From the NCBI GenBank assembly GCA_951406725.2, contig OX597814.1:98642001-98706000 (forward strand): a stretch of DNA of 64,000 nucleotides, given 5' to 3'. The notes below the pieces were generated by a model. That model saw nothing but the letters and a program-made list of their open reading frames with translations. It was not told the DNA's origin and made no database searches. Shown in pieces: positions 38,516 through 49,462 of this stretch. Within the stretch, counting starts at the first letter, position 1, and each line of letters starts with the position of its first letter. The translations under genes were made by a program, and so were the position numbers. This DNA comes from Octopus vulgaris. Taxonomy: Eukaryota.

Positions 38516-39763
38516 AAGGGGTTGGACAAAATAATGGAAACACCATAAAATTTCAAGCAAATTAATTTTAATATGGGGGAGGACTGCTTTGGCAGTAATT
38601 ACAGCTTGAATTCTACAAGCTATGGACTCATACAAAGTTTGAATTCTTTCCAAAGGAGTTTTATCCATTCTTCAGTTAGAACAGTCTCCAGTTCTTGTAG
38701 TAATGTTGGTGGAGGATTTCGACTCCTTAAATGTTCAATAAATGTTCAATAATATTGAGATCTGGGGACTGTGGTGGCCAAATAAGATGTTCAACTTCAC
38801 TACAATGTTCCTTGTGTCATTCAGTAACAATTTTAGCTGTGTGAATTGGTGCATTATCATCCTGAAAGATTGCGTTTCCCTCCGGAAACAGTACCGCAAC
38901 CATAGGATGAATTTGATCAGATAAAATGTTGAAATAGTCTTGACCATTAATTCTGTCATGAAGGAAAACCAATGGGCCGACGGATTTCCAAGATATAGCC
39001 CCCAGATCATCACAGATCCTCCACTATGTTTAACAGTTGGAAGAAGGCAGTGTGTGTCAAATGCTTCTTTTGGCTGTCTTCACACATATACTCGGCCGGT
39101 GGTCGGAAATAAAGTAAAGGCTGATTCGTTCGAGAAAATAACATTTTTCCAATGCTCTAGGGACCAATTCTGTAGGATTTTACTTCACTCTAAACGCTTT
39201 GCAACGTTTGTTTTTGAAAGTAGTGGTTTTCTGATTGCAGCCGTCCCGTGAAATCTGGTTTTGTGCAGCTCCTGGCGAATAGTTTTTGTGGAAACTAGAT
39301 TCTTGAGGTGGACATAAAGCTCTGCCTTAATTTTGGGAGCTGTACCTTTGTAAACCTTTCTAACAATTCGCGTAAGATCCGACGGTCCTTATCTGAAAGT
39401 TTTGGTTTTCTTTCGGGGTTTTCTTTCGACGAGGAGGTTCTTCCATCTTTCTCAAAGGCTGTCATTACTTTTGAGACAGTACTTATTGATACACCAAACA
39501 TTTCGGCTGTTTTCGTTACGCTAGCGTCTACCATACGAGCAGCAGCAATTCGACCTCTTTGAAAGTCTGATAGATCTGTCATTTTAATGAATTTTAATTA
39601 CCTTTTTATGATGATATCTGAAAAGAAACAACAATTTTAGCAAAACATATTAAGCAAAACTAATAGTAAATAAGAAAACATCAAAATAAACGAGCTTTTG
39701 ACGGTTTTATAGATATTTCAAAATTATGATGCTTGGTGTTTCCATTATTTTATCCGACCCCTG
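38516..39763 (-). mobile_element. Full-length decayed Tc1-like transposon
   Basis: TIRs (C/A)AGGGGT(T/C)GGA(C/T)AAAATAATGGAAACACC with TA flanks. Transposase MTDLSDFQRGRI..FGVSISTVSKV, QDDNAP, PQSPDLNIIE; frameshifted. Confidence 0.93.
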
Positions 39764-39988
39764 TATATAACATGTGTGTGTGTGGGTGTGTATGTATGTA
39801 TGTATGTATGTATGTATGTATGTATGTATGTATGTATGTATGTATGTAGGTAGGTAGGTAGGTAGGTAAGTATGTATGTAACCCCCCAAAAACATCAATT
39901 TTATATAAATGAACAAGCTGTTTGTACATTCACAAAATTATTTTTGACAAGTTCGAGAAAGGACGACTTTTTTCTTGATATACATACA

Positions 39989-40051
<63 letters not shown>

Positions 40052-40053
<2 letters not shown>

Positions 40054-40245
40054 CGGGAAGGTTTACGAAAATAAACAAGAGACGAAGGCAGGTGGAGTAC
40101 ATACAAACAATGTATTAGTATGGCGCTCAGGAATAGAAATAAAACAAGTCTTTTACGTTTCGAGCCTACGCTCTTCGACAGAAAGATACACAGAAAAGAA
40201 ACAAGGAGAGAAAAAAATTGCGTGTAGGGGCTAACGATCCAACAG
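40052..40245 (-). mobile_element. Short Penelope pLTR-like repeat (family H) with hammerhead-like motif
   Basis: Minus strand CTTT-CTGTCGA-AGAGCGTAGGCTC-GAAA-CG-TA-AAAG. Copies at 57690-57890(-) and 55540-55650(+). Confidence 0.6.
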
Positions 40246-40334
40246 GAAATATATATATATATATATATACATACATACATACTGGCAGAGATACCCGGTC
40301 TTACTCGGAATTACAATGGCATGTTTTGTTTTTT

Positions 40335-40717
40335 TTTTACTTGTTTCAGTCATGTGACTGCGGCCATGCTGCAGCACCGCCGTTCGTCGACATATCAAGC
40401 ACAGGATTTATTCTTTGTAAGCCTGGTGCTTATTCTACCGATATCTTTGCCGAACCGAAAATTTTATGAGACATAACCACACCAACATCGATTACTAAGC
40501 GATGGTAGAAGGAAACAAACACAAATGCACACGCGCGCGCGCGCATATATAACTTCAGTTACGGACTTTTTCAGTTTTCGTCAACCAAATTCACTGAAAT
40601 GGCCTGGTCGGCCGAAGGCTATAGTATAAGACACAGGCCGGAGGTACCACGCAGTGGAATTGCACCCGGAACCATGTGGCTGGGAAACAAGCTTCTTAGC
40701 ACGCAGCCACACCCGCG

Positions 40718-40720
<3 letters not shown>
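40335..40720 (-). mobile_element. Diverged SINE family A
   Basis: Colinear with 718-1108. Confidence 0.85.
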
Positions 40721-40756
<36 letters not shown>

Positions 40757-40898
40757 TTTGATACTTTGATAGGTTTCGGCCATTATTGGCCCAGGCCATG
40801 TCTAACTTAATAGCACCACCTATATATATATATAAATGGATGGATGGATGGATGGATGGATGGATGGATGGATGGATGGATGGATGGATGGATGGATG

Positions 40899-40971
<73 letters not shown>

Positions 40972-40974
40972 GCA

Positions 40975-41310
40975 GAAAGATCCCAGCAATGCCGTTGCAC
41001 TTCAGTTACGGTTACTGCAACAGCTTGGATTTCAGGAGCCCACAGCTTTTTAATATTTTTCCAAAGATTTTCAGAGACCTATACAAAGTGGATGTAGGTG
41101 TTTTCAAATCAAAAGTGGATCTCTTCCAGTCGAGAGTCCCAGATGATGATGATCCTACCTCGAGGTAGGAGGCGTAAATGAGGGTAGAGACATCAAAATT
41201 CTCTTATTCACCAAATGTCACATATCAGAGGAAGCTCTCAATAATAACAGTGTAGCAAAACGGCGGTGCCCCAGCATGACCACAGCTTTCAGCTGAGACT
41301 GATGAATTAA
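40975..41310 (+). mobile_element. Diverged CR1-like LINE 3' end
   Basis: Colinear with 52600-52910, including GGCGGTGCCCCAGCATG.CCACAGCT. Confidence 0.75.
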
Positions 41311-41330
41311 GAAAATATATATATATATAC

Positions 41331-41930
<600 letters not shown>

Positions 41931-42082
41931 ATATATAGATGTATATACATATGTATATGTATATATACATATATATGCGTATATATACATATATATATAT
42001 TTATATATATATGTATATATACATAGATATATATACATATCTATTATATATACATATACGTACATATATACATATATATATA

Positions 42083-42147
<65 letters not shown>

Positions 42148-42150
<3 letters not shown>

Positions 42151-45100
42151 GCTCGATGACCGCAGCAAGTTCTTAAAAATTTATCTTACTATTTTTTGTA
42201 TTCGTTGTTACTACGTTTATTCATACACTGTTACGAAAATTTAACCTTTTTTAGGCTACTTTCAAGCCTTCGCCATAACTTGATTTATCTTTCCTATCGC
42301 TCTCTCTACAATATTTAACCGTAGGCTGCCTCAAGCCGTAATCCCATCTTTTCCCATCTTTCAGCCATTGGCGGTCTTCTTTTTCCTCCTCTTCTTCTTC
42401 ATATGCTAAAACTTGAAAACCGCCATTACTATTACTATTACGATTCTGCAATTTAAATTCCCAGTTCAACTTACTTTCTTCTTCAATTTCAACTCCCGCT
42501 CGATGACCGCAGCAAGTTCTTAAAAATTTATCTTACTATTTTTTTTATTCGTTGTTACTACGTTTATTCATACACTGTTACGAAAATTTAACCTTTTTTA
42601 GGCTACTTTCAAGCCTTCGCCATAACTTGATTTATCTTTCCTATCGCTCTCTCTACAATATTTAACCGTAGGCTGCCTCAAGCCGTAATCCCATCCTTTC
42701 CCATCTTTCAGCCATTGGCGGTCTTCTTTTTCCTCCTCTTCTTCTTCATATGCTAAAACTTGAAAACCGCCATTACTATTACTATTACGATTCTGCAATT
42801 TAAATTCCCAGTTCAACTTACTTTCTTCTTCAATTTCAACTCCCGCTCGATGACCGCAGCAAGTTCTTAAAAATTTATCTTACTATTTTTTTTATTCGTT
42901 GTTACTACGTTTATTCATACACTGTTACGAAAATTTAACCTTTTTTAGGCTACTTTCAAGCCTTCGCCATAACTTGATTTATCTTTCCTATCGCTCTCTC
43001 TACAATATTTAACCGTAGGCTGCCTCAAGCCGTAATCCCATCTTTTCCCATCTTTCAGCCATTGGCGGTCTTCTTTTTCCTCCTCTTCTTCTTCATATGC
43101 TAAAACTTGAAAACCGCCATTACTATTACTATTACGATTCTGCAATTTAAATTCCCAGTTCAACTTACTTTCTTCTTCAATTTCAACTCCCGCTCGATGA
43201 CCGCAGCAAGTTCTTAAAAATTTATCTTACTATTTTTTTTATTCGTTGTTACTACGTTTATTCATACACTGTTACGAAAATTTAACCTTTTTTAGGCTAC
43301 TTTCAAGCCTTCGCCATAACTTGATTTATCTTTCCTATCGCTCTCTCTACAATATTTAACCGTAGGCTGCCTCAAGCCGTAATCCCATCTTTTCCCATCT
43401 TTCAGCCATTGGCGGTCTTCTTTTTCCTCCTCTTCTTCTTCATATGCTAAAACTTGAAAACCGCCATTACTATTACTATTACGATTCTGCAATTTAAATT
43501 CCCAGTTCAACTTACTTTCTTCTTCAATTTCAACTCCCGCTCGATGACCGCAGCAAGTTCTTAAAAATTTATCTTACTATTTTTTTATTCGTTGTTACTA
43601 CGTTTATTTATACACTGTTACGAAAATTTAACCTTTTTTAGGCTACTTTCAAGCCTTCGCCATAACTTGATTTATCTTTCCTATCGCTCTCTCTACAATA
43701 TTTAACCGTAGGCTGCCTCAAGCCGTAATCCCATCTTTTCCCATCTTTCAGCCATTGGCGGTCTTCTTTTCCTCCTCTTCTTCTTCATATGCTAAAACTT
43801 GAAAACCGCCATTACTATTACTATTACGATTCTGCAATTTAAATTCCCAGTTCAACTTACTTTCTTCTTCAATTTCAACTCCCGCTCGATGACCGCAGCA
43901 AGTTCTTAAAAATTTATCTTACTATTTTTTTTATTCGTTGTTACTACGTTTATTCATACACTGTTACGAAAATTTAACCTTTTTTAGGCTACTTTCAAGC
44001 CTTCGCCATAACTTGATTTATCTTTCCTATCGCTCTCTCTACAATATTTAACCGTAGGCTGCCTCAAGCCGTAATCCCATCTTTTCCCATCTTTCAGCCA
44101 TTGGCGGTCTTCTTTTTCCTCCTCTTCTTCTTCATATGCTAAAACTTGAAAACCGCCATTACTATTACTATTACGATTCTGCAATTTAAATTCCCAGTTC
44201 AACTTACTTTCTTCTTCAATTTCAACTCCCGCTCGATGACCGCAGCAAGTTCTTAAAAATTTATCTTACTATTTTTTTTATTCGTTGTTACTACGTTTAT
44301 TCATACACTGTTACGAAAATTTAACCTTTTTTAGGCTACTTTCAAGCCTTCGCCATAACTTGATTTATCTTTCCTATCGCTCTCTCTACAATATTTAACC
44401 GTAGGCTGCCTCAAGCCGTAATCCCATCTTTTCCCATCTTTCAGCCATTGGCGGTCTTCTTTTTCCTCCTCTTCTTCTTCATATGCTAAAACTTGAAAAC
44501 CGCCATTACTATTACTATTACGATTCTGCAATTTAAATTCCCAGTTCAACTTACTTTCTTCTTCAATTTCAACTCCCGCTCGATGACCGCAGCAAGTTCT
44601 TAAAAATTTATCTTACTATTTTTTTTTATTCGTTGTTACTACGTTTATTCATACACTGTTACGAAAATTTAACCTTTTTTAGGCTACTTTCAAGCCTTCG
44701 CCATAACTTGATTTATCTTTCCTATCGCTCTCTCTACAATATTTAACCGTAGGCTGCCTCAAGCCGTAATCCCATCTTTTCCCATCTTTCAGCCATTGGC
44801 GGTCTTCTTTTTCCTCCTCTTCTTCTTCATATGCTAAAACTTGAAAACCGCCATTACTATTACTATTACGATTCTGCAATTTAAATTCCCAGTTCAACTT
44901 ACTTTCTTCTTCAATTTCAACTCCCGCTCGATGACCGCAGCAAGTTCTTAAAAATTTATCTTACTATTTTTTTATTCGTTGTTACTACGTTTATTCATAC
45001 ACTGTTACGAAAATTTAACCTTTTTTAGGCTACTTTCAAGCCTTCGCCATAACTTGATTTATCTTTCCTATCGCTCTCTCTACAATATTTAACCGTAGGC

Positions 45101-45487
45101 TGCCTCAAGCCGTAATCCCATCTTTTCCCATCTTTCAGCCATTGGCGGTCTTCTTTTTCCTCCTCTTCTTCTTCATATGCTAAAACTTGAAAACCGCCAT
45201 TACTATTACTATTACGATTCTGCAATTTAAATTCCCAGTTCAACTTACTTTCTTCTTCAATTTCAACTCCCGCTCGATGACCGCAGCAAGTTCTTAAAAA
45301 TTTATCTTACTATTTTTTTTATTCGTTGTTACTACGTTTATTCATACACTGTTACGAAAATTTAACCTTTTTTAGGCTACTTTCAAGCCTTCGCCATAAC
45401 TTGATTTATCTTTCCTATCGCTCTCTCTACAATATTTAACCGTAGGCTGCCTCAAGCCGTAATCCCATCTTTTCCCATCTTTCAGCC
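42148..45487. repeat. Tandem array of a 347-bp unit, ~9.6 near-identical copies
   Basis: Unit CCCGCTCGATGACCGCAGCAAG...TTCAACT recurs every 346-348 bp. Differences are T-run lengths plus a few substitutions. Confidence 0.98.
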
Positions 45488-48400
45488 TTACTCATCTACA
45501 CTGGGTACGCCCTACTCCCTCCTCCTCCCCCCACTACCCCTTCTCCTCATATGCTTAAGACAAGCTGCTAGCGCCATAGCTCATCAACTGCCCACCGATC
45601 TTACGCTTCCTCCTGACACTGCCTCAATCCGACCATCCCCTTTTAGTACCCTCCCGCCTCGTCAATCCGACCATCCCCCTTTTAGTACCCTCCCGCCTCG
45701 TAATATCCTACGTTTTTATTTCTTAGGAACCTACACCAACCCTTCCTGCCATCGTTCCTCCTTACCCCAACCTTCCCCACTGGTTGCTCCCCTATATTAC
45801 CCGCCTCAACTGGACCCCCCTCCCCAACTCAACTCTAGAATATCTGTATTTCTTTCCTCTACCTAATTACGTTACTCAGTGACGATAACAAATGTCCACT
45901 GCTAACACCAGCTCCTGCCCACGGCGTGGTCAGGTTGGAAGAGAGATCAAAAGAAAAATACCACGAAAACTATCACCACCACTACAACCCTCCTCTTCTC
46001 AGGCGCCGAATCCCCCCTGTCCCCCCCACATCTTCCCAGTTTTCAGAGTTGGCACTATCAATGTTGGTACATTGACAGGCAAGTCTAGTGAGATTGTAGA
46101 GATGCTAGAGAGAAGACAGGTTGATGTATGCTGCATACAAGAGGTAAGATGGAGAGATGCTTCGGCTAGGGTCCTCACGGGCAAGGCACTTAGATACAAA
46201 CTCTACTGGCAAGGTAACGCGGAAGGTGTAGGGGGTGTAGGCATTCTCCTTGCGGAGGAATGGGTGGATAAGGTCATAGAGGTTGTCAGGGTTTGTGATA
46301 GAGTGCTTAAGCTCAGGTTGGTCCTACAGAGTGGCACAGCTATGATTATCTCAGCCTATGCCCCACAAGCGGGACTACCAAATGATCAGAAGGACAACTT
46401 TTATGATACCCTTCTGCAGGCTACTTCAAATACTAGTAACAAGGACCTCATCTTTGTAGGTGGAGATTTTAATGGGCATGTTGGGCGGGAATCGGGTATC
46501 TTCACTGGGGTACATGGTGGATATGGTATTGGCACCAGAAATGATGAGGGAACTAGACTACTGGAATTCTGTGATGCATGTAACCTTTCAATCTGCAACA
46601 CTAACTTCAAGAAGCCAGTCTGCCACCTTATAACTTATCAGTCAGGAGACTCCGCTAGCCAAATAGACTTCATCCTCACCAGACAACGGGATGCAGGGTT
46701 GCTCTTGAATACAAAGACCCTCCCGGGTGAAGAATGTATCCCTCAGCATAGACTAATCATCAGTGACTTTAAGCTTGAGGCCAGAAGGACTCCAAGAAAC
46801 AAACCAATCCAGAAAAGAAGGATTTGGAGGCTAAAGAACCCTTCGCATGGTCAGAAATTTAGGGACATACTCATCAAGAAATTTGATGAGAGGGAAGAGG
46901 AGCTTCAGACGTCAGACATAGAAGGTAGCTGGGAATTCCTACGGGACAGCTTGTTGAGTGCCACAGACCAAGTTTGTGGATGGTGCAAAGTCCCTTCCAG
47001 ACCTAGAATTACGTGGTGGTGGAATAGTGCAGTAGATAAAGCCATCTGTGAAAAGAGACGGGCCTGGAAGGATGGGGGCAGCAGGGAACTGTACCAGATA
47101 GCCAAAAGGGAGGCTGGGCGGCAGGTATACATTGCCAAAGATGTAGCAGAAAAGAAGAAGTTTGCCAATGTCCAGCGTCGCGAGGATCAAAGAGCTGAAG
47201 TATTTCGGATTGCCAGACAGTGTGTCAGAGAAAATAGCGATGTTATAGGAGAGAAATGTGTCCGCATGGATGATGGGGCACTTGCTTTTACTACTAGTGA
47301 AAAGAAAGAGGCTTGGAGAAGCCATTATGAAAGACTGCTAAATGAGGAGAATGAATGGGAGGAGGAGAGCCTGCCAAATGTTGACCCAGTAGAGGGACCA
47401 GCTACCCGAATAGACAGCTCCCTTGTAGATAAGGCAATTAAGGATATGAAACCAGGCAAAGCCCCTGGCCTATCAGGAATCACTGCTGAGATGCTTAAAA
47501 CAGCTGGCTATGTGGGCCATGCCATAGTCACCCGCATTGTAAACCAGGTAGTTCACAATGGAGCCATACCCAATGACTGGTGCAGCAGTACCATAGTCAA
47601 CTGCTACAAGGGTAAGGGTGATGCTCTAGATAGAAATAACTACAGAGGTATCAAACTGTTGGACCAGGTGATGAAGGTCTCAGAGAAGGTCATAACCAAT
47701 CTCATTAGGGAGAGAATTTGTTTAGATGAAATGCAGTTCGGTTTTGTACCAGGTAGAAGCACCACTGATGCTATATTCCTGGTCCGACAACTGCAGGAGA
47801 AGTACCTAGCTAAAGATAAACCCCTCTACATAGCTTTTGTAGACTTGGAGAAAGCCTTTGACAGGGTTCCCCGTTCCCTTATCTGGTGGTCGATGCGGAA
47901 ACTGGAGATTGAAGAATGGCTAATAAGGGCTGTACAGGCTCTATACAGAGAGGCTGTTAGCAAGGTTAGGATTGGCAACGAATATAGTGAAGAATTCCGA
48001 GTAGAAGTAGGTGTGCACCAGGGCTCAGCCCTCAGTCCCCTTTTGTTCATCATAGTCCTTCAAGCAATAACAGAGGAATTCAAAACGGGATGCCCCTGGG
48101 AGCTCCTCTATGCCGATGACCTAGCTCTCATAGCAGAATCACTACCGGAACTAGAAGAGAAATTTCGGGTATGGAAGCAAGGGTTGGAATCAAAGGGCCT
48201 TAGAATAAATGTAGCAAAGACCAAAGTATTAGTAAGCAGCAAGAGGTACTCAACACACATCCCCTCGGGTAGGTGGCCCTGCTCAACCTGTAGGAAAGGT
48301 ACAGGTAGAAACTCCATAAGATGCACCCAATGTAAGTTATGGACACATAAGAGGTGCAGCAACATTAAAGGGAAATTAACAGATAAGATAGCTTTCATGT

Positions 48401-49434
48401 GCGGCAGATGCACAGGGACAATAGACACAACAGACACTCAGAAAACAGATTCCATCACACTCCAGGGAGAGAAACTAGAAGTAGTTGATAGTTTCCGCTA
48501 CCTGGGAGACCAAGTTAGTAGCGGAGGTGGATGCACAGAGAGTATCACCACTAGAATACGAATAGCCTGGGCAAAGTTCAGAAAGCTCCTACCCCTACTG
48601 GCAACAAAAGGCCTCTCCCTCAGAGCAAAAGGTAGATTATATGATGCATGTGTGCGAACTGCCATGCTTCACGGTAATGAAACATGGGCTGTGACTGCAG
48701 AAGACATGCGTAGACTTGAAAGAAATGAAGCTAGCATGATCCGCTGGATGTGTAGTGTCAGTGTGCACGCAAAACAGAGTGTAAGTATCCTGAGAGAAAT
48801 GCTGGATATAAGAAGCATCAGATGTGGTGTGCAAGAGCGACGCTTGCGATGGTATGGTCATGTGCTGCGGATGGATGAAGAGAGATGTGTGAAGAAGTGC
48901 CACTCCCAAACAGTTGAAGGTATCAGGGGGAGAGGTAGACCCAGGAAGACATGGGATGAGGTGGTCAAGCATGACCTCAGAGCATTGGGCCTCACTGAGG
49001 CAATGGCGAAGGACCGAGATCTCTGGAGATATGCTGTGACTACAAAGACCCGGGCTGCTTTCTGCAGCAATTCCACATACCCCCTACCCATTCTAAGTAC
49101 CCCGGATCCCCAAAGTACCCCGGATCCCCAAAGTACCCTGGATCCCCAAAATACCCCGATCCCCAAAGTACCCCGGACCTCGCTGACACGTTAAAATGCT
49201 CGAACCGATCGTGACGATGCCGGACCCTCCGGCCCCTGTGCAGGTGGCACGTAAAAAGCACCCAATCCACTCACGGAGTGGTTGGCGTTAGGAAGGGCAT
49301 CCAGCCGTAGAAACTCTGCCAGATTCAGACTGGAGCCTGGAGCGGCCCCTGGCTTCCCAGACCCGGTCAAACCGTCCAACCCGTGCTAGCGCGGAAAGCG
49401 GACGTTAAACGATGATGATGATGATGATGATGAT
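45488..49434 (+). mobile_element. Apparently intact RTE-clade LINE
   Basis: C-rich 5' UTR, single APE+RT ORF, 3' UTR with GGCGTTAGGAAGGGCATCCAGCCGTA, and (GAT)8 tail at 49411-49434. Confidence 0.95.
45892..49194 (+). CDS. RTE-type AP endonuclease / reverse transcriptase with inserted PHD finger
   Basis: APE: GTINVGTL, CIQEVRW, SAYAPQ, GDFNGHVG, QIDFIL, QH. RT: NYRGIKLL, QFGF.PGRSTTDAIF, FVDLEKAFDRV, GVHQGSALSPLLF, LYADD, FRYLG. No stops in 1100 aa. Confidence 0.97.
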   Translation: MSTANTSSCPRRGQVGREIKRKIPRKLSPPLQPSSSQAPNPPCPPHIFPVFRVGTINVGTLTGKSSEIVEMLERRQVDVCCIQEVRWRDASARVLTGKALRYKLYWQGNAEGVGGVGILLAEEWVDKVIEVVRVCDRVLKLRLVLQSGTAMIISAYAPQAGLPNDQKDNFYDTLLQATSNTSNKDLIFVGGDFNGHVGRESGIFTGVHGGYGIGTRNDEGTRLLEFCDACNLSICNTNFKKPVCHLITYQSGDSASQIDFILTRQRDAGLLLNTKTLPGEECIPQHRLIISDFKLEARRTPRNKPIQKRRIWRLKNPSHGQKFRDILIKKFDEREEELQTSDIEGSWEFLRDSLLSATDQVCGWCKVPSRPRITWWWNSAVDKAICEKRRAWKDGGSRELYQIAKREAGRQVYIAKDVAEKKKFANVQRREDQRAEVFRIARQCVRENSDVIGEKCVRMDDGALAFTTSEKKEAWRSHYERLLNEENEWEEESLPNVDPVEGPATRIDSSLVDKAIKDMKPGKAPGLSGITAEMLKTAGYVGHAIVTRIVNQVVHNGAIPNDWCSSTIVNCYKGKGDALDRNNYRGIKLLDQVMKVSEKVITNLIRERICLDEMQFGFVPGRSTTDAIFLVRQLQEKYLAKDKPLYIAFVDLEKAFDRVPRSLIWWSMRKLEIEEWLIRAVQALYREAVSKVRIGNEYSEEFRVEVGVHQGSALSPLLFIIVLQAITEEFKTGCPWELLYADDLALIAESLPELEEKFRVWKQGLESKGLRINVAKTKVLVSSKRYSTHIPSGRWPCSTCRKGTGRNSIRCTQCKLWTHKRCSNIKGKLTDKIAFMCGRCTGTIDTTDTQKTDSITLQGEKLEVVDSFRYLGDQVSSGGGCTESITTRIRIAWAKFRKLLPLLATKGLSLRAKGRLYDACVRTAMLHGNETWAVTAEDMRRLERNEASMIRWMCSVSVHAKQSVSILREMLDIRSIRCGVQERRLRWYGHVLRMDEERCVKKCHSQTVEGIRGRGRPRKTWDEVVKHDLRALGLTEAMAKDRDLWRYAVTTKTRAAFCSNSTYPLPILSTPDPQSTPDPQSTLDPQNTPIPKVPRTSLTR

Positions 49435-49462
49435 ATATATATATATGCATGTATGTATAGAT

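Noticed and set aside
42251-45243. Repeated 72-aa minus-strand ORF (MNWEFKLQ...)
   Set aside because: TTG start, no recognisable domain, frameshifted in one unit; it recurs only because the DNA is repeated.
42148-45487. CRISPR-like array next to a reverse transcriptase
   Set aside because: Units are identical end to end with no variable spacers, there are no cas genes, and the context is eukaryotic.
45999-49379. Antisense ORFs within the RTE
   Set aside because: Short shadow frames of the long sense ORF with no independent motifs.
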